NCBI GenBank assembly: GCA_943704425.1
Contig: CALSCP010000945.1
Span: 217,165 to 281,164 of the forward strand
Length of the DNA stretch: 64,000 nt
Direction of reading: 5' to 3'
Origin: Ministeria vibrans ATCC 50519
Lineage: Eukaryota; Protista; Filasterea
Part shown: positions 41,944 to 53,718 of the stretch, piece after piece
Position numbering within the stretch: position 1 is the stretch's first letter
Layout of the letters: every line of letters starts with the position of its first letter
Notes under the pieces: model-generated
The model's database searches: none
The model's input: the letters and a program-made list of their open reading frames with translations, nothing else
Told to the model about the DNA's origin: nothing
Translations under genes and position numbers: made by a program

Positions 41944-43047
41944 TCGCCAAAATATACAATCACGCCACTTTTGAGCACATATAAAATAATCATGATATGT
42001 AATGAGATGGCATGCGTCATCCTTGTGCCAAAGTGAGCGCACCACGGCGAATGGCCTCTGGCCGTGGGCGCCTGACTCCATCCCTTGAGCTGCTTCCGGC
42101 CCTGGCCACACGCTGTTGAGCCATCGCTGGTGTTGTGGCGCATTGTGTTGACTGACTGTGTGTTTCTTTCTGTGTGTGTGTGTGTGCAGTCTCTGGAGAA
42201 GCCGCGACGTGTGATCATTCTGGTGAAGGCCGGCAAGCCTGTTGACCAAACAATCGATGCGTTGCTGGAGCACATGGAGGCGGGCGACGTGATTATCGAC
42301 GGCGGCAACGAGTGGTTTGAGAACACGGTGGGGCGTGCCGAGCGGGTTGCGGCGCAGGGCATTCGCTACATGGGAATGGGCGTCAGCGGCGGCGAGGAGG
42401 GCGCCCGCAACGGCCCGAGCCTCATGCCGGGCGGCGACAAGGAAGCATTTGACCTGGTTGAGCCAGTCCTCAAAAAGGTAAACGCATCATCGGTGTTGAG
42501 TCTTGTTCGTTTTGAATGTTTGTGATAGATTGCAGCGCAAGTGAACGACGGACCGTGTGTGACGTACATTGGGTCGGGGGGTGCAGGCAACTACGTGAAG
42601 ATGGTGCACAACGGCATTGAGTACGGCGACATGCAGCTCATTGCCGAGTCGTACGACATTCTCAAGCAGGTGCGACACCATCATCTACTTCATCATGATT
42701 CAAACAATGTGTGTGTGTGTGTGTGCGTGCATTGTGAATATTTTAGGTGGGTCATTTGAGCAACGAGGAGCTGCATGAAGTGTTCAACGAGTGGAACAAA
42801 GGAGAAATGGAGTCGTTCCTGATTGAGATTACAGCGCAAATCTTTGCCAAGCGGGATCCGCTGGCGCCCAGCGAGTATCTGGTGGATAAGGTGCTGGACA
42901 AGACGGGAATGAAGGGCACGGGCAAGTGGACGGTGAAGGAGGCTGCTGAGCAGGCGGTTCCCGCGGCGACCATCAGTGCTGCTCTTGACGCACGTTATCT
43001 CAGTGGTCTCAAGGCGGAACGCGTTGCAGCTGAGAAGGTGACACTCA

Positions 43048-43098
<51 letters not shown>

Positions 43099-43802
43099 TA
43101 TCTGTCTGTCTGACACTTTTTTTCTCCCTCTTCCTCTCTCTCTCTTTGTGTGTGTTAGCTGTTCACTTTTGAGGCTCCTTCCGGTCCTGTTGACAAGAAG
43201 CAGCTGATTGACTCCGTCCGAAAGGCTCTTTATGCCTCAAAAATATGCTCATACGCTCAGGTACTACAATTGGTTCAAAACGAATGGGTGACTCACCGTT
43301 TTGAATTGAAAGGGGATGAACATTATCCGTCTTGCAAGTGAGGCATTTGGCTGGTCACTCAATCTGGGCGAAATTGCGCGCATTTGGAAAGGTACGCCAA
43401 GTGACAGCGAGAGAGCCCTCGAGTATAAATTATAAATAATATGACTGTGTGTGTGTGTGTGTGTTGTCCTTAGGCGGATGTATCATTCGCGCTGTGTTCC
43501 TGGACCGCATTAAGGCAGCCTACGATCGCAATGCGCAGCTGCCGTCGCTGCTGGTTGACGCCGAGTTTGCCGCTGAGCTGCAGTCGCGCCAGTCCGCCTG
43601 GCGTCATGTCGTCACGTTGGCCGTGTCCCATGGCATTGCTGTGCCTGCCTTTAGTGGCTCTCTGGCCTACTTTGACAGCTACCGCCGTGCTCGTCTGCCC
43701 GCCAATCTTGTGCAGGCCCAGCGCGACTTCTTTGGCGCACACACTTTTGAACGCACTGACAAGGAGGGTGCTTTCCACGAGGACTGGGCAACGCCCCAAT
43801 GA
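41687..43802 (+). CDS. PGD: 6-phosphogluconate dehydrogenase, decarboxylating
   Basis: [50 protein letters not shown] and [11 protein letters not shown]. Confidence 0.97.
41990..42160 (+). ncRNA. Possible structured intronic RNA with U6 snRNA complementarity
   Basis: GTCATCCTTGTGC (42016-42028) is complementary to U6 GCGCAAGGATGAC with one G-U pair. GC hairpins and CTGA boxes follow; no canonical box C. Confidence 0.25.
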
Positions 43803-44048
43803 CTAGCCTCGTCTCTCTAATGAAAAACCTTTATCGAGAAGTGATAAGAGCACATTCAAGTTGAAGTCACTCCGGACTCTACAGTTTGAAGTCTGAACAG
43901 ACTTTCGGCACTCTTTCATCTTTGACTGATTGACCAGTCACTCACCTCAGTGACCTCACAGTGATCACACAGACACACACTTGTTTACTTTTCTTTCTGC
44001 ACCTGCTGCACCCCTCCTGCTATCTCATCCTCCGCCGCAAGGGCGCAC

Positions 44049-46993
44049 ATGGCAATGGTGCTTCAATTGGTCGGAGTTGGATTGCTCGCGGTCGTGTTCT
44101 TGACCGGCATCTTTTTCAAGCGTGGAGACGACGCGACGACGCTCCTTGGCATTGACGGGTGCCACATTGGCGACAAAGGATGCCGACCACCGATTGATCT
44201 GGGGCCCACACGGGAAACAGCGCGTACGAGGTTTTTTTTTTATGAGTTGAATGATGATTGCGCACGCACAGCCAATTGCGCTTTCTGCGCTGCTCAGCTT
44301 GCTCTGGCGGGTCCACCTTTAGCACGCCATTGCACTCGCAGGCATGTGCACGTGGTGCGGGGCTTGACGGCGGCGCGCAACTCACCCAATCTCTCTTATC
44401 TAGTGAGTGCGTCGCAACTGGCCACCTTCCTCTCGTGGCTCCTTCTCGTCGCCTGGTTTGCTCTTGCCAAGGCCGTCCCCTCCCGCAATACCACACGCAC
44501 GAAAGCCAGCGGCCCCGCCGACGACTCCAACAAGGGAAAGGAATCATTGGGCGAGGGGAGCGACATTGAGCAGGCTGTGCATCACACGGTGGAGCGCACG
44601 CACTGGCTCTCCCTCTCGCCTGAGGCGACCAAGGCCCTCCACGCCGCTGTTCTCTTTGGTGCCATTTTGATGTACTTTTTCTTATGCGACGTCTACGAAG
44701 CACTGGGCCCCGGTAAGAGCAAAGGAGGGCCGACCGAGACTCAAGACTCTACTTACTCCCCCCCCTTTTTTGGCACAGGAGGAAAAAAGTCATACAATCG
44801 TGACATTTACGCTTTTATTCTCATTGTCATTCTTCTTCACGCCTTTTCCACATTTGAAGCTCTCAAAGACGACACAGTAACACCTAAAATGAATTCTATT
44901 TGTGTCACGTTAATGTACTGTTTCGTTAGCTCATGAACCGCCATCAAACGGAAGAATGGAAAGGGTGGATGCAAATTATCTTTGTGCTCTATCACTATTT
45001 TGCCGCAGGGTATATATAAAACACAAACACTCTGAGCCATTCTTATTGAGTTTCTCAATTGGATTCACTCGCACTGCATCACTCTACTCACTCTCTGTCT
45101 GTGTGTCTCTCCGTGACAGCGAAACATACAATTCGATCCGTATTTACATTGCCGCTTATGTGTTTCTCACTGGCTTCGGTACCTTTTTCTTTCCTTGTTT
45201 TACTGTCATTCAAACTGAGCTGTATATATGTGTGTATATTTATAGGGAATTTCAGTTTCTTTTGGATCAAAAAGGACTATTCATTGTACAGAGTGTCAAA
45301 AATGCTTTTTCGGCTCAACTTTATGGTCAGAGAACTACAACACACATGAAGTGCTGAGTATGCTTATAAATACAACAATATCACATAGGTTGTATTTGTG
45401 TGTCTGGTGACAGGCAATTCGTACATGCTCTACTACATCTGCCCAATGCACACCTTCTTCTTCCTCTCTTGTAAGTTCAATGTGACTGTGTTTTTTTTAA
45501 CCTTCTTTTTTCTCTTTATCACGACTTGTATAAATTGTGAGTGTGTAGTGTGAGTATGTGTGTGAATTGTGAGTTTTTGAGAAGAATGTGGTGTACGAGT
45601 GCTTTCCTTCGTTCTGCTTCTCTTGGGTGTAGTCCATATGTGACTGCACTCTAGTGATATTATTGTATTGTTTGTATTGTGCATGAGTGAAAGTGAGTTA
45701 GCGAGAGGCGTATAGTGTATTTCTCTCTCTGTTTGTCGATAGAGTGAGAGTTGTGTGTGTACATGTGTGTATTTACTTCCTATTCTTTTCTTGGCTGTCT
45801 CTTCAAAAACCTTTGTGTTGACTTTTTCTCTTTTGCCTTTTCCCCATCTTTGTTTTTGTTTAGGTTATCTATTTATGCGAATTGGATCGAGTTGGAACAC
45901 AATTCCCTACAAAATGGCCATCAAGTTCGCAGTTTACTTTCTACTCTCGTTCCTCATTTGGGACATAAAAGGTACACATAACAAGTAAATGAGTGATAGA
46001 GCTGAATGGAAAGTGATATTTCATAGGAGTGGGAGAGATTGTGTTTGTACCATTGTATTCAATCGTACGGTACCAACAGCAAATGCACGAGTGGCTGTTC
46101 CGGACGGGTCTGGACCACTTTGCAACCCCCGTTGGAATGCTCGTGGCCTACTTCCATCCCAACTTGAGTGCCCTCCTTGCGCGTGCAGAGGTAGCAGCTG
46201 AGCAAGATCTCCTCATCCCCCCCCCCCCCCCCNNNNNNNNNNGGATTCCGCGGAACGTACCTCCGGTGGTAAAGATCTGCGTCCGGCGCTGAAAATTGTT
46301 GATGCTCAGGGCATCACCTTAAATCAAACCTTCACCCTAACGACTACAACACTTTTTTTTATATCATTTTGTAGAATCACCCTCGAGGCACTCTGTTCAA
46401 GTCGCTCGTCGCAGTTCCCGTCGCACTTACATTTGCTCTCTGGGCCTACTACGTTCACTCACTTCCCAAATGGGACTACAACGCCCTCCATCCGTACCTC
46501 TCGTGGATTCCTCTTCTCTCCTATATCTTCTTCCGCAACATCTCTAAATCCGCTCGTGGCTACGCAAGTGCCTTTCTTGTCTGGTGCGGAAAGGTACAAA
46601 TTATATATAAATAGACAGGACAGGGTAGATCCTTCTCATTACAACTTTTATAGATTACCCTTGAGACCTATTTGGCACAGCTACACATTTGGCTGCAGAG
46701 CAATGCCAAGGCACTTCTAATCTACATTCCAAACTATCCTCTTGTCAATTTCACCATTGCCAGTGTCATTTACTTTGGTCTGTCATACTACTGCTTCCTC
46801 TTTACCAACACAATTAGTGCTTGGTTCCTTCCTTCGTACGACCGCATGCGATTCTCATACATTGTGATAAGAGATGTGGTGTTTTGTTGTGTTTAGGAGA
46901 GATCGATTAGGCGAAAGCGCGCGCAAGGGAGCCAAGTTGGTCGGCGTCTGGTTGCTGCTCCTGGTCGTGTCGTACGCTATTCTGGCTGTGTAG
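44049..46993 (+). CDS. CAS1/RWA-type membrane O-acetyltransferase
   Basis: RHQTEEWKGWMQ, YNSIRIYIAAYVFLTGFGNF, LFRLNF, YYICPMHTF, HEWLFRTGLDH and GKITLETYLAQLHIWL. Confidence 0.92.
46233..46242. other. 10-N scaffold gap in a CAS1 intron
   Basis: Run of n. Confidence 1.
46243..46313 (+). other. rpoC: 70-bp enterobacterial rpoC fragment (probable contaminant chimera)
   Basis: Translates to [23 protein letters not shown], nearly identical to recalled E. coli beta' [23 protein letters not shown]. It abuts the gap. Confidence 0.8.
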
Positions 46994-47178
46994 ATAATCT
47001 GACTATCTCGCCCTGACATGAGTGTTTAACCACGTCATTATAATAAAAATACGTCTTATAATACCTTATTAATTTATTATAATAATTATTTTTATTGTCT
47101 TATTTTTTGTATTATTATGACGTACTTATAATGAAGTTCAAAGTAAGTCGAAATTAACTTTTCTTTTTCACTTTTCCT

Positions 47179-48031
47179 ATGAGCCAAATTGATCAACTCC
47201 GTGCATCGTTGGCTTCGAGCAAGACTCTCCGGATATTCTTGTCGTCGCCCTTTGGTGGGATTGAGAGGGAGCGAGAACGTCTGACGGATTTTTACGCTCC
47301 TCAACTGCGCAAGATCTGCGAAGAAAAGGGAATCATGCTACGATTTGTTGATCTACGCTGGGGTGTAACCGAGCAACAAGCACAGCAGAACCAAACTATC
47401 AATGTTTGTTTGGAGCATATCACAAAATCATCAGTGAGTTTTCTCTCACTCACTCTCACTCACTCTCTCTCACTCTCTCACTCACTCTCCTCCTTCCCCC
47501 CCCTAGATATTCATTGGCATCTACGGACGACGCTATGGATCGACGGACACGGGCGTCGAAGCGACGCACTGGGTGACCGAATGCATTGACGCTGCTCTGC
47601 CTGCGCATCCATGGATTGAGCGCCACCGCAACAAGTCCATCACCGAGCTAGAGTATGCCACTCACTCAACTACTGCGCATGTCTAATCCGCTTGCTTCAG
47701 ATTCCGACATGGCACTTTGAACGACCCGACACAGCGCGTCTCGCTGTTCTTCTTCCGTGACCCCACCTACGACTGTGAGCGCGAAGCGTCGTTTCGCGCC
47801 GCTGGCAACGAACACGAAGCACGCAAATACGTAGATGACCACCCGGAGTTTTTGACGGCCTTGAAGGACGAGGTGCGCTCGCTGAATCGTGACCAGGCCG
47901 TCCATCTCACCGACAGCTATGCAACGCCCGAGGACGGTGCCCGGGCAATCTACGAGAAATTAAAGGATCTCATCGACAGACTACTGCCCGGCGACCCCGC
48001 TACGGAGAGCGTACGACACAGGATGGCACCT

Positions 48032-48125
<94 letters not shown>

Positions 48126-50784
48126 AAAAACTAACGACCTTTGTCGCGTGCAGGAGAAGGAGACGCAGGCGCATCAGGCGTACCAGGAGGTGCGACGCCA
48201 GCTTTTTGTTGGAGGAGACAAGTACATTGATAAGCTCAACAGAATACTCGACAGCAATGACAGGTACATACATGCACACAGACGCGTGCGCACGCGATAA
48301 ACACACCACTTTATATTTTCTCTTTAGAGGGATAGTACTCGTCACAGCGGAAAGTGGAATGGGAAAAAGTGCTCTCTTGTCAAACTGGCTTGCGCAGGTG
48401 CCACCGCAAGAGGCCACGCAACAGGAAACCATTTTTCTGTCACACTTTTGTGGCGCCACGAGTGCGTCGACGCGGCTCTCGTCAATGCTTGCACGTCTCT
48501 GTGTGGCACTGTCGGAGCGCATTGCATTGACGCCCGAGGAGCATGCGATTGTCGTGGAGATGACGCAGTGCAACGGGGCCATGTTGGGCCACGAGCTATT
48601 TGAAGGGTTGCTGGTGCGTGCGAGCGAACGTGCATACCGTGTCGTTGTTGTCCTTGACGCTCTCAATCAGCTTGACGACGCGTTGCTCACGGACGATCCA
48701 CTCTTGCTCAGTGCAGCGTCGCTCGAGGAGGTCGTTGTTGACGACAACAGCCAACACAACCGCAGCAGCGACGTCCACAACGACATTACAGAATCTGAAT
48801 CGTTGTCGTCACTTGGCTCGGTCGTCCTGACTGAAAAGCAGCTGAAACGACTGCGTGCGCGCTATACGGAAACCAGCACAGTGCATGCACTTCAATGGCT
48901 GCCTGTGGCCACGAGACACAGGGACACAGTCGTTCTCCCGCCCAACGTGTATCTAGTGCTCTCAGCAACCCCTGATAGCAAAACATCGCGAACGCTCAAG
49001 GATTGCAGCACGGCCGAGGCTGATGGCAATGTTGCGCACTACGCGATAGAGCTGTCGCCTGTCTCGATGGACGACCGTCGTGCTCTCATCATTGCCGTCT
49101 TGCAAGGTGCTTCCAAGGCGCTCGACGATGCCAGTGTTGAGTTGATTTTGCAGAATCCACAGACGGAAAATCCCCTCCACTTGCTGCTGGTGCTCTCCGA
49201 ACTGCTTATCCACGGCGACTACTTTACCCTGCAGGACAAAGTCAGTGCACTCGCGCAGCACTCATCTATTGCCAGTTTGCTCAGTGCTATTCTTTCGCGT
49301 TTGGAAATCACCTTTAGCGAAGAGCAGATTTCGCGTGTGTCCTCAGTGCCGACCACAAGCGACGAGCCCCTCTGTGACGGCAAGGGTGTCGTTGGTGCGT
49401 TCCTCTCCTGTGTGTTTGCCGCTCACCGTGGAATCACCGAAGAGGAACTCGCGGCACTGCTTCAACTGAGTCCTCACTCGTTTGCACTGCTGCGCTCTGC
49501 ACTGGGGCGCTTTCTTATCGAGAGTGCCTCCTCCCACATTGGCTTTCTCCACGATCACGTCCGCCAGGCCGTTCACGAGCGCTACCTCGCCAATCGCTTT
49601 GACCGCTTCAAATTGCACGCACACCTTGCGCGCTTTTTTGAGCGTTCTCTTGCCACCGCCGAGCCCGAGGTGGAAGGGAGTATGCCTGCTGTGCACACAC
49701 ATTTGCGCGCGTTGGAAGAGATTCCTTTTCAACATTTGCAGTCGCAGCAGCCTGAGCTTGCACACTCCCTCGTCCGCCTCTGCAGCACGCATTCCTCCCT
49801 TGCCGACCGTCTCATTTTCAGCAGTCCTCTTCAGCTGACCGCAACACCCCTCAGCGACTTGGATGGGGCCGCCCTTGGACGCCTCCTCAGCAATAACGCG
49901 TCGCTGACGTCGCTTGCGCTCAACAATGTTCGTTTGGTGGACACCGTCATGGAGGCCCTCAACGGTGTACTGACGAGTTGCTCGACGCTCACGTCGCTCT
50001 CGCTCATCGACCAGAGCCTGCGCGAGGCGAGTCTTCTGCCACTCCTCAGTGTCCTGGCCGATTCGAATGGCGTCATTCGCTCGCTCACCATCCACCATGT
50101 TCGACCGCTGTCCACTCAGTCGCTTCAAGTCGTGTCACGTCTCCTGTCGCACCGTTCCTTTCCACCGTCGCTGGTGCACCTCGACCTTTCTCACTGTATG
50201 TTGATGGGCACTAATCTCTCTCTGCTCGTTCCCGCCCTCATGTCGAATCGGACGCTCAAGACACTCATTCTGAATGGAAACCAAATTGGCGAGTCGGGTA
50301 CGGTTTGTCAGTCTCCTGGTCAACAACTGTGGTTGTTCATCAAGTCACGATTGATCTTCGTTTACCTCTGTGTCTTTGTTACCAATAGGTCTCACGCAAC
50401 TCATCAATGGTCTGCGGCACAACTGGAAGCTGGCGACACTCGAGCTGGAGCGTTGTCAGCTCAGCGGGGCTCGTGCGGTCGCTCGACTCGCCGAGATGCT
50501 CACAGCCCTTTCGCGTTTGCAGTCGCTCAATATGGCACACAACATGATAACATCGGTAGGGTCGACTCCCCTCCCCGCTTCGAGTAGAATGGAGTTTAAT
50601 ATCTAATAATTGCGGTTTTAAATTTTTTTTATTTTCATAGAAGGATGGCTCGACTTTTGTGACCGCTCTGAAAAATCATCGTGCTCTGCGCTCTCTAAAT
50701 TTCCGAGCGGGAAACATGATGCAGGCACTAGAGAAAGATATGTCGGGGGCGGCCCGCTCAATGAAGTGCACAATGTTAAAGTAA
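47179..50784 (+). CDS. DUF4062(TIR-like)-NACHT/STAND ATPase-LRR protein (NLR-like architecture)
   Basis: RIFLSSPF...ERE...FVDLRWGVT...SITELE (DUF4062), Walker A AESGMGKSALL, Walker B VVVVLDALNQL, NPL motif, and C-terminal RI-type LRRs (LVHLDLSHC, LKTLILNGNQIG, LQSLNMAHNMI). Confidence 0.82.
48034..48124. repeat. (GT)n microsatellite in an intron
   Basis: Direct observation. Confidence 0.95.
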
Positions 50785-51113
50785 AATAGAAATTATTTTG
50801 AAGAATTAATTTTTGGGGGAACCGCAACGATTTTTTTTCCGTGAGGGAATGCGGTGGGTTCAGTGCCCACCGCATTCCCAGCCCCTTTTCCTCTCTTCCC
50901 CCTAGTTCCCACCCACGATCGCCCGTACTCGAACGATACGACATGTACAAGTGAGTCACTTACGAATATGCGTTGAGAGGGCCTCTAACTACCGCTGTAG
51001 GGTCGACAGAGAAACAAACCGCAATAGTTCCGTCGATCGTTTTAATTTTTTTTCTTCACGATTGAGAAATTCTAAATTTTCAAACCACTTCTTTTCCCAA
51101 CTTTTCCAGAACC

Positions 51114-53681
51114 ATGAAGCTTATTATCGCGACGCTGGTCGTCGCTCTGGCTCTGTTGCACCAGGCTCATGCAGGTATGTCGTTCTTTCGCTCGCTCTCT
51201 CTTTCTCTCTCGACTTTTTTTTTTCACTCATCCTCCACCGCTTGAATGAGCGCCTGAAAGCATGCGCGGGTGATGTCAAACAAGTCATAACATGCCACAA
51301 TGTTCAATGATGCCGCAGATGCGGGCAGCGTTGACCCCACAGTCGCGCGTGGTTTGTGGGACATTCGCGGGTTTCTTTTTTTTTTTTTCTTCTCCCGTGT
51401 AGTCATTGTGGGTTTCGTCTGAAAACCCTCATGCCAAGAAATCCGTTGCACATTTCTCGCTTTATTGCTATCCAAACTACGACTTGGGTAGCTCTTGCCT
51501 CCCACAAGTCTGCGTTGTGCTTTAGGACACTTCTATTTTTCACTTTTCGCTTTGCTGGGGTTTTTGACGTTTTCTTTTTCTGTTCGTAGCCTGCGAAGGA
51601 GGAGAGTGGAAGAAAGACTCGTCCAAGTTCAAGAACTGTGTCACCCTCGCCGGTGACCTCGAAATCAATGACGAGGACATTGACACCAGCGAAGTAAGAA
51701 CTTTTCTTTTCTTTTTTTTCTTTTTTTTCTCATCTGACTCACACACATTCCCTCTTACTTGTTCTTAGTTTGACAAGATGAAGTCGCAATTGTCGTCGCT
51801 CAAGACTATTAACGGTCGTCTTTACTTGAAAAAGGCCGACGGTATCAAGTCGCTCGAGTTTCTCAACAACCTGCAGTACATTAAGGGCACGTCGTGGGGC
51901 GGCTCGGGTCTTCACATCGACGACTGTGACGACCTCGAGAACGCCAACTTGCCTAACCTCAAAGAGGTGTGGGGCGAGACAATCATCAAAAAGAACAAAA
52001 AACTGCAGCAAGTCCATTTTGCTGCTCTCGTTGCACTCGGTAGCTACGTCTTGATCGACGACAACGATAAGCTCACCGGCGTTCAGATGGCCCAGCTGTA
52101 CGCCCTCTCCGGTGGTCTCACCGTCACCAGCAACCCGCTCATGACCAGCCTGACAATGTCAACAATGAGTTCCTTCTCGGGCTACTGCATCATCGACGAC
52201 AACGACGCGCTCGTCAGCAACCAGATTTTCTTCGGTGCCAGCTACATCTACGACCAGTGCTATCCCTGCACATCGAGCACCTGCAAGAACGGCGGTACCT
52301 GTGCCACCACCCAGTCCTCGACAGCTCCTTTCTTCACCTGCGCTTGCGACACGCACTACTCGGGCACCACTTGTGCCACGGCACTCCCATGCGCCGCGGC
52401 ACCCTGCAAGAACGGCGCCACTTGTTCCAACGTGGGCTCCACCGGCTACACGTGCGCCTGCGGCGCCGGCTTCTACGGCACCAATTGCGACCTCTGGCTC
52501 ACACAGCAGTATGTCGCCGGCTCGAAAACATCCAAACTTGTCTCGGTCTCCATCGACACTGCCACCGGCATCACGTACGCCGCTGGCTTTGCCGACTCCA
52601 AGATTCCCGGCGTCACTACACACAACGATAAGACCGACTTCTTTGTGGTCGCCGTTAACGAAGCGGACGGATCCTCCGTCTACAACTCCATGTTCGGCTC
52701 GGACAAGGAAGACGAAGTGGTCACCATGCAGGTGAACCCCTCCTCATCGACGATCTACCTCGCGGGAAAGTCTAAGGGCGACTTTGGCAACAGCGACGCC
52801 AGCAAGAACAACGGCGACTTTGACACCCTGTTTATGTCGGTGAGCAAGGCGACCGGTGGTCTTAACTGGGCCAAGAGCTTTGGTGACAGCAAGGACGACA
52901 TTCCGCTCGATATGGAAATTGACTTTAGCACTGGCCATGCGTACATTGTGGGCAGCACCTTTGGCAAGTGGAGCAACCTCCCCGAGAAGAGCAAGGCTTT
53001 TGGCTACCTGGCCAAGATCAACATCGCCGACGGTTCGCTCGTCTACACCGTAGCACTGGGCCCGCTCGGCAAGACGAGCGCCGCCACCGGCATCGCTCTC
53101 GACCTGTCCAACTCGCGTGCTTTCATCTCCATGAACACCGACGATGTGCTTCCTAACTCGGGCGCCACTAACGCCGGCAAGGGCGATATTGGTCTTATTG
53201 TGGTGAACACCGCCACAGGCGCCATCACCAGCACCACTCAGTGGGGTACCGCCGTTGAGGACGAGACGGCCGCCATCGCCATCGACACCAACCTTGGCCA
53301 GGTGTACATTGTCGGCCAGACGCAGGGCGACCTCAACGGTGTGTCAGGCAGTGATGTCAAATTCTACAACGCCATGGTTATGGCTATCGACACCACGACT
53401 CTTGCCGTCACCTACACTAAGCTGTGGGGCGACAAGGGAGACGCGTTTGCCTCGGACGTTGTCGTCGACTCGACTTCTGGTCGCGTTCTCGTTACCGGCT
53501 CTACCACCGGTATCTTCTACGGAGATGCCATTGGCGGAGACGCTCGTCGTCGCCGTGCATGGGCCAAGGTCGGCACGACGACCACCACCACCACCACCAC
53601 GACAACTTCGTCAGACGATCGTCGTGATGTCACCGTCGCCGAACAAGACTCGCTCCTTTATTCCGTCCACCGTGGAACTCG

Positions 53682-53718
<37 letters not shown>

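Noticed and set aside
38532-46993. GH3 + 6PGD + RWA as a co-transferred carbohydrate gene cluster
   Set aside because: GH3 lies in the probably mis-inserted block across a gap, so its adjacency is unreliable.
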